Position numbers and translations under genes: made by a program. Of a stretch of 64,000 bases of DNA, positions 1 to 13,150 are shown one piece after another; positions within the stretch are counted from its first letter, which is position 1; each line of letters begins with the position of its first letter. The DNA is taken from positions 2,904,689 through 2,968,688 of the forward strand of contig NC_081369.1 of assembly GCF_030684315.1 (NCBI RefSeq), read 5' to 3'. The notes under the pieces were generated by a model. It did no database searches. It was not told where the DNA came from and worked only from the letters and a program-made list of their open reading frames with translations. The DNA comes from Stegostoma tigrinum. Its lineage: Eukaryota.

Positions 1-85
1 TTATTTATGATATCTGGTCGGCATGGGAGGGTTGGACAGAAGGGTCTGTTTCTGTGCTGTATATCTTTTAGACTCTTTGACTCTA
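1..85 (+). mobile_element. CR1 LINE 3' UTR/tail fragment
   Basis: gaagggtctgtttctgtgctgta...gactct repeats; same 3' end seen at 13100-13150 and 22290-22320. Confidence 0.7.
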
Positions 86-467
86 TAACACAGACATTAA
101 CTCTCTTTTTATTTCCATAAAAAAGTCTGACCTGCTTTGTTTCAGTAATAAAAATAATAGTCCTGCCTGCTAATGTCTGAACATCTTTTGAGTGTTGGCT
201 GTTGCTGCTCTGTACCAGCAATTTAACTCCATGTGTTAGTTCAGAGCTTTAACAGAAAAAATGTACCTTCTGAATTAAGCAAACTCAGAACTTGAATGTC
301 CACTAAGCTGGGAGTGGACATGCGCCAATCCATATCCCATTTGGTCAGGATGTGAAAAGGAACTATGAATTCGAATTAGCATTCAAATAGATGACACCAG
401 CTCAAAGTTAGTGGTCTCCATTGTCCTCAGCAGAAACTTACTAATCAGCCAACGTCATTTAAGGTGG

Positions 468-695
468 AAAAACAGAAATTGCTGGAAAAATTCAGCAGGT
501 CTGGCAACATCTGACAGGAAATGGAGTTAGTGTTTCGGGCCAAGTGACCCTTCTTTAGAACTTTACAGAACTTCAGAAGGGTCACTGGACCTGAAACTTT
601 AACTCTGTTTTCTTACCACAGATACTGCCAGCCCTGCTGATGTTTTCTTGCAATTTCTTGTTTTGTTTCTGATTTGCAGCATCAGCAGTTCTTTC
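468..695. repeat. Inverted-repeat (MITE-like) element built from Penelope-type short repeat ends
   Basis: Left arm gaaattgctggaaaaattcagcaggtctggca...gggccaagtgacccttct mirrors right arm agaagggtcactggacctgaaac...tgccagccctgctgatgttttcttgcaatttc. Confidence 0.75.
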
Positions 696-859
696 ATTTT
701 CATTTAATTTAATGACATTCAAGGCCGTGATGTGTTGTGTTTGTTCACCCCAAATATGCTTTGTGCTGTTATTTTCCTTAAACAGTTTTGGTTTGGTGTC
801 AATTTGGTAAGTAACTAATATTCCTCACAAATTCTTCTCAGATCATTCATGCTTATTTG

Positions 860-1690
860 CCAGTATTTGGCCTGTACCTCTCTAAACTCTTCCTATCCGT
901 TTACCTGTCTAAATGTCTTTAAAATGTTGAAATTGTGCCCACCTGTATACTTCCTCTGGCAGCTCATTCCATGTAATCACCACACTGTGTATAAAAAAAG
1001 ATGCTCCTCAGTTCCTTTGTAAATCTTTCCTCATTCACTTTAAACATATGTCCTCTAGTTTTGGGCTCCCCTACACTGGGGATAAGACCTTGGCTGTTCA
1101 TATTATCCAAGCCCCTCATTATCGTATAAATCTCTATAATGTCACCCCTCAGCCTCCTACGCTGCAGGAGAAAAAACGTCCCTGCCTATCCCACCTCTCC
1201 TTAGAACTTCCGTTCTTAGTAATATCCTTGTAATTTTTTTTACACTCTTTCCAGTTTAATAACATCCTTAGGGCAACCAGGATTGTACACAGTGCTCCAG
1301 ATGTGGTCTTACGAATGTCTTGTACAGCTGTAATATGACGTCCCAACTCCTGTACTCATTACTCTGACTGATGAAGGCAAGCATGCTAAATGCTTTCTCC
1401 ACGATGTTGTCTATCTGTGCCGCCACTTTCAAGGAACTATGTACCTGCACCCCTAGGTCTCTCTGTTTGACAGAACCCCTCAGGGCCCTAACAGTGTAAG
1501 CCCTGCCCTGCCTTGTCTTACCAAAATGCAACAATTCGCATTTATCTACATTAAATTCCATCCGCCATTCCTCGGCCAACTGGCCCAGCTGATCAAGATT
1601 CCATCGTATTCAAATATACCTTCTACACTGTCCACTAAACCACATACTTTGGTGTCATCCGCAAACTTCCTAAACATGCCTTCTATATTC
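860..1690 (-). mobile_element. CR1 LINE ORF2 (RT C-terminal half) fragment
   Basis: Minus ORFs AEEWRMEFNVDKCELLHFG...RDLGVQVHSSLKV...LYKTFVRPHLEHCVQSW, typical CR1 ORF2. Confidence 0.9.
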
Positions 1691-2999
1691 CTTGCAACTT
1701 ATAGTGAAAATTTATTTCAGTCTAAATCGGGAATTAAGAAGCTGTCAACTGAAACGACTGCCACAGTATATTAATTAGGTAGCTTGCTTGAAATGTGTTT
1801 TTTCTAAACAACAATCTTATCTGCTTAGGTTTCTACTTTGCATAAATGCAGATGGTCTTCTATGTATGGGAATATGTGAGCTGGGGACAGCAGTTCCTCA
1901 TTGGGTGCATATCAATGCAGTGTTTGCTTAGGAGTGCGGTGAGTGAGAGAATTTGGTGTGGTGATGGAGGACATGCTTTGCCTGAACTTTTGGTTTTAAA
2001 TAAGAGCATTTTGTGTTCTGGATCAACTTTAGAATTACAGAACATAGTTCAAGGATTATCTGCGTGCTGAGGAAATGATTATATGCTGTTGAAGAGCATC
2101 AGGTGTATATTTGAGGTGAGTATTTTGCTTGACTGTCTTTGGAAAAATCATGTAATTTGTGTTTCTGTATAAGTTTTTTATAGCATTCATAAGGTTTACC
2201 AGCAAGACCAATTCCTATTTGACTAGTTATATTTATTCAAAATACCTGTAACCTCATTAAGAAAAATGATGCATTGATTAACAATTAATAAATAATGTTT
2301 TAGGACTGCTGACTGGCAGTTACCAAGAAAATCAATTGTGATTCAGTGAAAACATATCTTCGTTAACTGTATGTAGTATGAGAAGCTTCAGCTCAGTTTT
2401 GTTCAGCTGGAGGGTGAACTGCAGGTACAGTGACACTCAGTGAGGAAGTAGCTTGGCTGGAAAATTTGTTCTGGGAATAGTTACATTCCTTCAGCTGAGA
2501 ATAACTTTAGAGGGTGTCAGTTGTTACTTATAGGATGTAGACTGCAGTCAGAGAGCGACAAGGAAGCAACATGCAATGGTAGAAAGACTTGGCCCTTGAA
2601 ACTTGAGAAGAAAGTCATTGAGGAGAAGGACTGCAAGGTGGATGAGTGGACTGGCAATGTGGGAAAAAAGGTTCTGCTTTGTGGGAGTGGACTTCATAAC
2701 TTATGGAAAAGGTGGGATCTTGTTTGATAGGCTCAACCTAAGCCAGACAGCAATGAATATCCTGACCAGTCATACATGCAGCACTGTGAACAGCTCTACA
2801 AAGTAATAGAGGAGATCAGGTGAAGAGAAGTCTCATAAGTGCAAAAGCGAATTTGAATCATTGGAATAGAATAGTAATTTTTGTAAAGCTAAGCAGCCAG
2901 GAAGAGGCAGACAAAGCAACAAAATTGTGCATCATCAAATAAGGCCTTTGTAAGGAATATACATTTTAAAAAGGTACCTCTATCAGCATGCAAGAAGCA

Positions 3000-5512
3000 T
3001 TGGAATGAAAATGGCTGACTGACAGTTATAAAAATGGACAAGTGATTTGATTACAATCACAGGGAAATGTTTACAAAGTGGTGGATTTTGGGAAATAAAT
3101 GCCTCAAGCTATGTAATATTTTGGAATGAGAGAAAGAATAGCAAACAAGAAGGCAGTTCCATGACAAAGCAGGACATAAGGACAGAATTGATACCAGATC
3201 TGGTCTCAGTGTTGGTGGGAATTTTGAAAGAAAAGAGTCAGGAAACATTGTTATACATGTTGATCATGGCCAAGCAGTATATATGACATTGAAGAGAAAA
3301 TTAAAGATAAATTATTGGGCTCTACTGGGAAGATATGAACTGGAGGGATATTTAAATCTCAAATGGATTGGGAAATCACATTAGCAAAGATGGTCTCGAA
3401 GATGAGTTTTTTGAATATTTACACAAGAGTATCTTTTGCACCTACACATTGCAGAACAGATTTGTATCTTGTCCTGAATTAAGGTTAATTGTGACCCAAT
3501 GCCAAAAACAAAGCCTGTAAATTAGTGATCAGAGATAATGGGAACTGCAGATGCTGGAGAATCCAAGATAACAAAGTGTGGAGCTGGATGAACACAGCAG
3601 GCCAAGCAGCATCTTAGGAGCCCAAAAGCTGATGTTTCAGGCCTAGACCCTTCATAAAATATCCTGTAAATTATGTTATAATCCTGTTATGTTGTGTTAT
3701 GTTAAATCCTGTTATCCTGTAAATTAACGAGTATGACTTCATTGGATTCCATTCCAAATTTGAAAGTGACATACAATAATGCCATGCATGATTCTTAATC
3801 TTAAGAACAATGAATTACCTTGATATTAGATGCGAACTGCTCATGGTTAAGTGTAAATAGGCTAAGTGCCATGCAGGTAAATGAACAGTCAGAAACATTT
3901 AAATAAACAGTTCAAACATTGAATAAAAACAAGCTCTATTGAAGAACAGGATCTCAGAAAAAGATCTTATCTATAACTCGCTAAGGAAATTCAATGTGGT
4001 GTTTGTTTAAAAGAAGAAGCTTGAAATATAGCAAAAACAGTCAAAAGGTTAATAATTGTGAATGTTTTAGAATAGAAAAAAAAACATTGATTTGAACTAA
4101 AAGAATTAAATACAAGATTGAAAGATAAAGATAAAATCAGATTGCAAATGCATTAATAAACATATAAAATGCAGTTAGGGACTGAAATATGTGACAGACC
4201 CTGAGGAACACAGTCAGAAGAAATTAGCATGAGGAAATTGCAGAAGCGCCATTTAAAAGTTTTATGTGTTTTCACAGTACAAGATGCAAATTTCACACCA
4301 GAAGTATACAGTAACATCCTACCTGAAAGAAATTGATATAACAGTCAAAAAATATTGAAGAAAGATATGGTACTAAAACTTGACAAACCCCAAGAATGAG
4401 ATGACCTTCCCCAGGTAGTTCTAAAACAGAAACCTGCAGAGAAAGTAGTTGCACTAACTATGGCATTCCAGTATCTCTGGGTTTTGTGAATGCCTATTCA
4501 AATTTTGCATTAGTAAGTCTTACATTATGGTTTAGGAAGCATAACAGACAGAACACATACCAATAAGTCTAACAAAATGCCACCGTAATCAGCACCGGGA
4601 CTTCAACTATTTAGAATCTATGTCAATGGCCTAGATTAATAGACAAATAAAAATGTATTTGGCTTTGTTGATTGTGCTAAGCTAGTCATAACTGTGTGCA
4701 GTGAGGAGGTCATAGAAAAGCTAAAGAGTGACATTGGCAAGTTATGTGTGTAGACAACAAGTTGCCTCATGGTTTTTCAATGGAAAAGTTGTTCGCCTTG
4801 ATAATGAGAATAGAAAAATAATGCATGTATAACAAATTTAAATTCATACAATTTTGAAGAATTGATATTTGGTGTGGTGGAGAATTTTGCTTGCTAAATG
4901 ATGTAAAAAGTCAGCCTGTGATGCAACAAGCATTTGGAAGGCACATGGTTTGTCAGATTTTATTAGATGGCGATTGCAGTATGAGTAGGAAGAGGTCTTG
5001 CTGCACTTGTGGATACTTTTAGGTAAGAACACATTGTAAGCTACACATTTGTGTGTAGCTTTCAACCTGATGTCCACAAAGTAATTTTCTTACTGAAGAT
5101 TCACTGAACTGCTCCCCAGCTGAAGTGGTTGTACTGTGTTGAGAGATTGAAAAAATTGGAGTTGACTTTTGAGGAATGGCAGGTAATTCCATTCAGACAA
5201 ATATGACTCTGAAAGCGGAGTATCTGGAGAGTGGGTCAGTTTATTTCGAGTTGAATTGGGGATGACTGATTTCATTCATTTATTTCTGAATCTGTGGAAT
5301 TATTTACCCTGTAAGGTTGTGAATGAGCTATTATTGAATGCACTAAAGGCATATACATAAATTATTCTGCTCTCTGAGCAAGCACATAAAGGGATATTGG
5401 CAGAGGGTGAAAATGTCAGCTGAAGTGAGATTAGCTGTGGTCACATTGGACAGTATAAGGGTCACCAAGCGCCGATTGATTCACTCATGCTCCCGTATCT
5501 TCTGTTCATGTT
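3000..5512 (+). mobile_element. Old, heavily decayed CR1 LINE (endonuclease to RT to 3' UTR)
   Basis: Degenerate CR1-like motifs throughout (e.g. caatggaaaagttgt; gaatctgtggaattatttacc; gctcccgtatcttctgttc tail); many stops. Confidence 0.6.
3532..3655 (-). repeat. Penelope-derived short repeat
   Basis: gagataatgggaactgcagatgctggagaatccaagata...gctgatgtttcaggcctagacccttcat; homologous to 10683, 25445, 27785, 38460, 48062, 51862. Confidence 0.75.
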
Positions 5513-7504
5513 TTCCTGAGATAATCATCATTGCTTCCATAGATCAAGCAAGGAACAGATGAGAAAAACATCTTCTGCATTTTCAGATCTCACTGCTTCT
5601 GAGAAAATGTCAAGAAGGAAAAAGAAGAATAGTGGAGCATGCCAAGATCACAGAAAACTAGTGAAACAAAGACAGAGAAACCTGGATCTTCATGAACAGT
5701 TACAGTTATATGTTGGATGGGAGAATTGTGAGGGATTGTGTCCTTTCTATTGTTTGAATATTAACAGTGCATCTTGGGTTGATTGTAAAGTTACAGTAAC
5801 TAAGTAGAATATGAGGGAAGAACAGGAAACAGAGAAGCTCTTCCATGTAGATCTTTGCACATTCTTGAAACCTTTGGTCATTGTAAGAACACTGCATTAT
5901 GTATCATGCAATTCAAATGAGAAAGAAATTGTGGCCTCTGTTCCAGATCGGTTGAAGACAATAAGCTGGGTCACCTACTTCAAATGTTATGATATCACAA
6001 TTCTGTGGAATATTTGCATTACTGGCTGTTAGTCTCAAGATGTCACTGCTGTGTTTATGCAATTTACACCACCCTCACCTCAACCTTGTTTATCAAACCC
6101 AATTGAAATAACTTTCAATTCACTTTCACAGCATGTGTTTCTCTAACCTGTCCTCCAATTCATCAATGTTCCTGGTGACCACATCTGTTGGTGGTAGCAA
6201 TTTGCACATTCTAAGTGGTCCTCATTAAGGAGTTTTCTGGGAGCATATTCCATCCTGTGTTAGTGTTTTCTCATGTTTATGACTTCTATTTCTAGAACCA
6301 TGTAGAGGTGCAATTGTTTACTTGATGCTTACTGTGTTAATCCTGTTTATAAATTTAAATACCTCTATTATATCAGCCTTCAACCTTCAAAGCATAAGAG
6401 GTAGAATTAGGAGTGCATTAATTTCCATGAACTTTGATAATGTTACTTTAGCTCCACCTATCGATATGATCCAAATACAGCAGTGTTTTCTTGGTATCCA
6501 GATATGTCCTAATTTGCCTCTAGAATATATTAAAAAAAACTAAAAAGTAAATTTCACAAAGCTTTTCATGGCCACCATCAGCCTTAAAAGCCATTACACA
6601 AACAAAATATTTCTGGAACTTTGCTCTGTATTGTAATATATGAATACACTGAGTAGTCAGCTTTGCCAGCTACATCTTCGGTCAAAAATTACAAAAAAGT
6701 ACAACAGCTGGTGAGAAATAAGTCATTCTTCTCTTAATCCTGAGTGAACACGCCTGTTTGGCCATCTAGTTTGAGTTGTGCTAGCTATTGCTGGAAAATA
6801 GCCCATTAATTTCAGATTAGCAAGTTGGAGTGAAGGGTCTGTTTCCGTGCTGTACAACTCTATGTCTCTATGGCCCTAAAACAGCTGTGGGACTTGTGCC
6901 AGGCAGCAGAAGATCAGCAACCAGTAAGGGACTTAGAATCAAAAGGCCCTGCAAACATTTACAAACCAAAATCTGAGGCTAGGGGCAGAATCCTCATTCA
7001 GGTCACTCCAAACCAGGCAGGTTCAAAATAAGTGGGACCACACGACATCATCATGTGCATGTATATACTTAAAGGTAATAGCTGATGGAAACATTGGCCA
7101 CAACTAAAATTATATAAAAGTGGTAAATGGCAGATTCAATAAATGTGTAGTGGCAGATCAGGAGTGAAAAAAGTAAATTGGAGAATGGACTATTCGGGGC
7201 TTGAGAATAATGATAGCATTAATAGGGGTATGGAATATTATTTAAATAGCTCACCAGCAGGGCATGAGATATTGAGAATAAAGACCACTCTGTCAAAGGG
7301 GAATAAACACCAACTGACAGAAATTAATGTCAGGTGGCCACCAAATCCCCTTTCTACTTGAATAACAGACAGCCCCAAGGAGAACAACAAGAATGAAGGG
7401 CTATAGTGGCTGCAGAATGTGCCTTTAGTATGTGGCACCAGTTAATGCGTAAATACAGCTGAGTGTTGAAAAGGGCACAAGAGGCTTGATGGATTGTGGG
7501 GCAC

Positions 7505-7568
7505 AATATATTGGGTCAGAACCAAAATGCATATCAGGGAACAAAGACTGGAATAAATACAGGGCGCA
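7505..7568 (+). repeat. 64-bp exact direct repeat, copy 1 (copy 2 at 8827-8890)
   Basis: aatatattgggtcagaaccaaaatgcatatcagggaacaaagactggaataaatacagggcgca is identical in both places. Confidence 0.95.
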
Positions 7569-8826
7569 TGTTAATACTTCGCCCATGGTGTATCTAGGTG
7601 AATACATTGCGTGTGTACAGAGCACTACAAACATGTCTACTAAATCTGTATTGCAAAAGGATACTGAAAAGACAGATAGATACACTTTTGGACTGCTTTG
7701 TGCTCCTCCCTCTGGACACTGGGTTTTAGAACATGCAAAAGGTAAGGTAGCTATGCGTGGGTTTAATAAGCATATGGGAGGCCCTAGTATTATCATTGAA
7801 TCTGTGTTATTTTCCCCTGCCATAATAAGACCACATCCTGTCCCCTACAACCTCGAAAGAACTGAAATATCCAGAACCAACAGAGGAATGGATTAATGGA
7901 ATACTTCTGCTGAATGACGTACAAAAATGTAAAGCATGTAATTGTACCTAGGCTGATCAATTTCTTGGACATTCAAATGCCAGTGTGTTGCTCAGCGCAG
8001 TCAAGTAGTGTGTGTGTGTTATGTTAGCTAATATTGTAGCACACTAAGTTACAGATGTCATCGGGCCACTGGATTTAAGGGACACAATACCCTCTGTAGA
8101 CATGAGAGGGAGCTATCAAGCAACATTGTTACAAAAGTCAAGACCAGAACTTCCATAATCAATTCCCTTGACACACAGGGTGTAAATAATAATGTGGAGC
8201 AACTCAGAAAAATCATGAAAGAACCAACAGTGCATTCTAAAGACGTCCAGATAGATCAGGTGGGTCTGGAGCAAAAGGCAATGAAGGTACAATTAAATAG
8301 GGCAGCTGTGATGGAGGTTTCTGTTTGCTTGGGGATAGAATGATAACCAGAAAAGTTTGACCAGGACAATTATGTTACACCTGCATGCTATGGATGGTCG
8401 GCCAGATAAGACACAGCCACAACCACGTCCAAAGTGGGGTGGTACCTGACTGGATTAATAGTACACACCTGGCACAACTAACCAAGACTAAGCAGACACT
8501 GGCTAACAATATCTTGAAGGTCAAACAAGAGTCCACTGGAAAGCCAGCAACATGCTGGCACAGGGATGGTTTTGATGATCCCCAAAGTAAATCTAGAAGC
8601 AGAGCCCTACCCCCACTATCAGATGGAAAATATTAGTGTTATAAATATAACTCTCTTCAATGCTAAATCACAGACATAAATGTAATATGTAGGAATAATA
8701 CCACATAAGGGGCCTCCCTTGTAGGGTGTTAGTGAAAAGGCATTATCAGTATGTGCCTGCACCCAGTGGTGCAGGGAGGCTGTGACAAATGCAGATTCAA
8801 CTGCACTGAAGCATGTGTCCTTGAAT

Positions 8827-8890
8827 AATATATTGGGTCAGAACCAAAATGCATATCAGGGAACAAAGACTGGAATAAATACAGGGCGCA
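8827..8890 (+). repeat. 64-bp exact direct repeat, copy 2
   Basis: Identical to 7505-7568. Confidence 0.95.
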
Positions 8891-9364
8891 ACTTTTGTCC
8901 CCAACACTTCACTCAATCAGGAATGGGAGGAAGGACTGTACTGTGCATTGACTAGAGGCACATCATGCAAATACAAAAACTTACACTCCACCAACACACA
9001 CCCAAAATCTGCCTTATGACCACCACCCACCCACCCCACCTCACCTGCCAGTTAGTGTAGGTCAGGTCAAATGACACACAACGAACAACAAGAGCTGGAA
9101 GTATTCAAGGTACCTGAAAATTTCATGGATAATGAGGAAGTAGAATCAATCCCTGTCCCACACTTCAGTTAACAATTCAGTGAAATTAGACAAAGGCTAG
9201 GTCAAAGAGTCAAGTTCTACCAGCAGGTACAGTAAAAGCTAAACATTTTTGAAAAGGATACAGAGCAGGAGCTTCAGAAACAGAAATGTTGCAAAAATAT
9301 ATAGAATTAAGGGATGAACATTATTACACACTCCTAGATCAGGATAATATCTCATTAGCATTGA

Positions 9365-9717
9365 CTTTTTTCATTTATTAATGGGATGAGGGAGTTGCAG
9401 GGTAGGCAATATTTATTGTCCATCCCTAATTGAACACAGGGCAGTTCAGAGTCAACCAAATTGCTGTGGGTGTGGAGTTGCATATGGGCCAGTCCCAGGT
9501 AAGGATGGCAGTTTCCTTCCCTTCAAGGACAACAGTAAATCAGATAGGCATTTCCAACAATTGACAAAAGACTAATGGTCATCACTGGATTCCTATTTCC
9601 AGATACTTTTATCATATTCAAATTCTACCATGGCAAGATTCAAACCTAGGTCCCCAGGGCGTTATCTGGGTCTGTGGATTAACAGTCCAATGATAATGCT
9701 ACTAGGCCGTCACCTCC
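9365..9717 (-). mobile_element. tRNA-derived SINE inserted in the env-like region
   Basis: Minus strand begins ggaggtgacggcctagtagc (A-box-like)...ggtttgaatc (B-box-like); second partial copy at 14084-14320. Confidence 0.8.
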
Positions 9718-10682
9718 GCATGATGAGATCTAATGGCCTGTACGTCTTCTAGGCAACATGGGTTAAAGGAAAAAGCACAGGCACTTAAGGGAACAACAGA
9801 AAGTGCTGACAATAGCAGAACACATTGACCTGATTTAACCACTGGATTCCCTCAAAATTTGTGACTGCCATCACACAAAGGGTAAGAAATACCTGGCAAA
9901 ACAAATTGGAGTAATAAGGGCCTTTTCTAGCTGGCGTGACTGAAAGGGCAAGATTGTTAAGGCTGACTGTGGCTGAAGCAGTATAAAATGGTTCTCAGTT
10001 GACACAAATGGCTGAGGAAGATTTTTAGCTGAACTACTGCTTCCATAGTCTGTCATTTAAACAAACTATAAACTAGAGGAATTAACAGTCTTCATGGAAG
10101 CAATTTCTCCAAGGTTTAAGACTAGATTAAGATAACACGCAAAGGGTCTTGAGGAATGTATACAATGGGTCTTGTGAAACATAAGCAGGCATAACTGCTT
10201 GCGTGGACACAGTTTAATAGTGTACAACTTGAGGAATGCTGATAGAAAACTTGATATCAGCCTAGTCCAAAGTATGACGTGCATCATGACATAGAAGAGG
10301 AGGGTCTACCCTAGCACTAACCACATATTCACATGATGTCAAGACTCCAGGTAAAAGACTAAATATTCAGGGTCAAGTTTATGTATAGCTATAATGCTGC
10401 TATTAAACATACTTAGCAAGATGTACTCTAATAATCAGAATGGAAGTTCCAATTCCATAGATATACTATAGGAAGCAATTCAGAAGGGGTGATCTGGGGA
10501 TACATGCAATCAGTGCACATGACTTCTAGAATTCTGTCTGATGTTGTGGATGCTTGGATCCATAGGTCAAAGGCTGCTGCTCATTTTGGTAGAAAAGTAA
10601 AGACAAATGCTAACAATTCCAGTGCTAACAGAAGACTGAAACTGAGAGTGAACTCATCACAAACACAAATTCAGCTGTTGCT

Positions 10683-10778
10683 GAGATAACAAGGTGTAGA
10701 GCTGGATGGAGACAGCAGGCCAAGCAGCATCAGAGGAGCAGAAAGGCTGATGTTTCGGGCCTAGACCCTTCCTCATAA
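10683..10778 (-). repeat. Penelope-derived short repeat
   Basis: gagataacaaggtgtagagctggatg...gctgatgtttcgggcctagacccttcctca. Confidence 0.75.
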
Positions 10779-12229
10779 AAAGCTGTTGCTGTCAGGTATT
10801 CTAAACATTTGGTTCAAAAATGTTGTTAAGTGCCGAAAAAATAAGTTAATGGTGACTTAGCCTTCTAAGTCAATTGTCTCACTTTGAACAACATCAATCT
10901 TTAAACCTGTTTCTTTCATAGAGAGTCCAGTGTCCCTGAGGATTCAGGCACAGAGAAGCAATCACTATAGCGTCAGTTGCTCCCACACAATGCTTGAATC
11001 AGTCATGAGCCCAGTTACAGAAGCTACTCGTCGATCATTTAGAGCTAAGAATAAGCCCAGAGTGAGTTACAAAAATCCATCAATTCTTGAAAGTCATGAA
11101 TATACTAATGATTTGTCCTGGATAAAAGGAGCGATTCGGTCAGGGGTCACATTTGTCAAGAATGCAGGTTGGAGAATTGGGCTCTAATGATTCAGCTTTG
11201 TTCCAACCTGCAATTCTGTCACGTCCAACTGTCTGCACTGAAATTGTTCAATTAAACTATTGATCAAGGTGAGCTTACATTCAGTTAGTGAATGTAAAAT
11301 GATTAGGATCATGCTAAACAAGTGCTGAGTTCCCATTAGATGAACACTTGTCTGCACTAGAATTGAACATAGAGCACCTGCTGTCATATTGGCCATAAGC
11401 ATAGTAGTAGTATTCCTCAAGAATGTTCACAATGTTGTTTTAGAACAAAAATCCAATGGAAGCCTATGGATGCAAGTTCTTACCCGTGCATACTTTTATA
11501 GAGTCATTGACGCGTTCACACCCACACTTACTTTAGGGGTGTGTAGCTTCTCAATGATGACTGCAAGCTCCACTATATCGTAATAAACATACAGAATGCT
11601 GGAGAAACTCAGCAGACCTTGCAAAGGAAAACAGTTAATGCTTTGTCTTTGGTATGACTTCTTCAGAAAGGAATTGTGTCATCCTTATCTGTTATGACTG
11701 ATGTGTGCCTTCAAGCCCACAATAGTTTAGCCGACTTATAACTGTCTTCTGAAATGGCTGAGCAAGTCAGCCAGCTTTATCAAACTATGACAGAAAATCT
11801 GAAATCTGAAAAAGGAGAAAGCAAGGCACATGACTCAGTATTGTTTCAGGCACTGGAAATGATGACGATAGAAACTATGCAGTTGACCCTGTAAAGTCCT
11901 CCTCAGTGTTATCTGAGGGTATCTATGCTAAAATTGGGTGACCAATCTCAGCTTTAGAGTTTGAACTGTAAGAGTTCTTTAGACCTACCTAACCATCTTC
12001 AGCTGCTTCATCAGTGGCCTTCCTCCATCCTGAGGTCAGAACTGGAGATGTTCACTGTTGTGCAAGGTTCAGAAATTCAAAACCCCACAAACTTTGCATC
12101 ATGTGCCGGGACCTGGATAGTATTCACACTTGGGATGATAAGAGACAAATGGCATGTAGTGGTGAAGTCGCTGGACAAGTAATCTAAGTTAAATTTCTGG
12201 GGAAATTAGATAAGAAGATGGAAGGCATG

Positions 12230-13150
12230 GCTAGAAATTTGTATATGAGAAAAGAATAGATGGTATAGTGGTCAGTGAAGAAGGTTACCTAAGAATACAA
12301 AGATATCTTGATCAATTGGGTAAAAGGGCTGAGAACTGGCAGATGGAGTTTAATGCAGATAGATGGAAGGTATTGCATTTTGATGAAACAAACAAAGGAC
12401 AGGACTATAAAATTAATGGTAGGGTCCTGGTAGCATTGTAGAACAGAGAAACCTACGGGTTCTATTGCATAATTCTTTGGAATTTGCATCACAGGTTGTC
12501 AGGGTGGTTCAGAAGGCATTAAGCATGCTTGCCTTCATTGCTCAGACCTTTTTGTATAGGAGTTACGGCATTATGTTGAAGTTGTACAGGACGCTGGTGA
12601 GGCTTCTTCTGGAATATTGTGTCCAGTTCCGGTTGCCCTGTTATAGGAAAAATATGATTAAGTTGGAGATGGTTCAGAAAATATTTACCAGAATATTATG
12701 GGGAATGGAGGGTTTGAGTTGCAAGGAAAGCCCAGATAGGTTAGGTTTTTTTATCGTCAGAGTGTAGAGGGTAAGGGGGTGGCCTTATAGAGGTTTATAA
12801 ATTGATGAGAGGTACAGATGAAGTGAATAGCAGGTGCCTTTTGCCTAGGATAGGGTATTTAAAGACATGGGTGTATATTTTTAAGGTGAGAGGAGAAAGA
12901 TTGAAGAAAGCGATGTGGGCTTTTTAATCACACAGTGAGTAGTTCATGTATGGAATGAACATCTAGAAATGGTGGATACAGGTACAATTACAATGTTTAG
13001 AAGATATTTGCGTATATGAGGAAAAAATGTTTGGAGGGATATGGGCCAAGTGCAAGCAGGTGGGACTAATTTAGTTTGGGATTGTGGTCGGCATGGACTG
13101 GTTGGGCCGAAGGATTGGTTTCTGCGCTATGTGTTTCTAAGACTCTATCT
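12230..13150 (+). mobile_element. CR1 LINE 3' fragment
   Basis: ORF 12465-12767 LYRTLVRLLLEYCVQFRLPCYRK; CR1 3' UTR ending gactcta. Confidence 0.9.

Larger units (their letters stand above)
6900..10457 (+). mobile_element. Decayed env-bearing LTR retroelement / endogenous retrovirus-like relic (protease-like remnant, fusion-protein-like env, possible 3' LTR)
   Basis: GLMDCGAQY (aspartic protease DxGA-like) near 7485. Stop-free frame 8041-8340 with RHER (degenerate furin-like site) then heptad-like IINSLDTQGVNNNVEQLRKIMKE. Cys-rich 8750-8970. Second heptad and decayed Trp-rich segment 9182-9355. No RT/IN recognised; boundaries uncertain. Confidence 0.55.
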
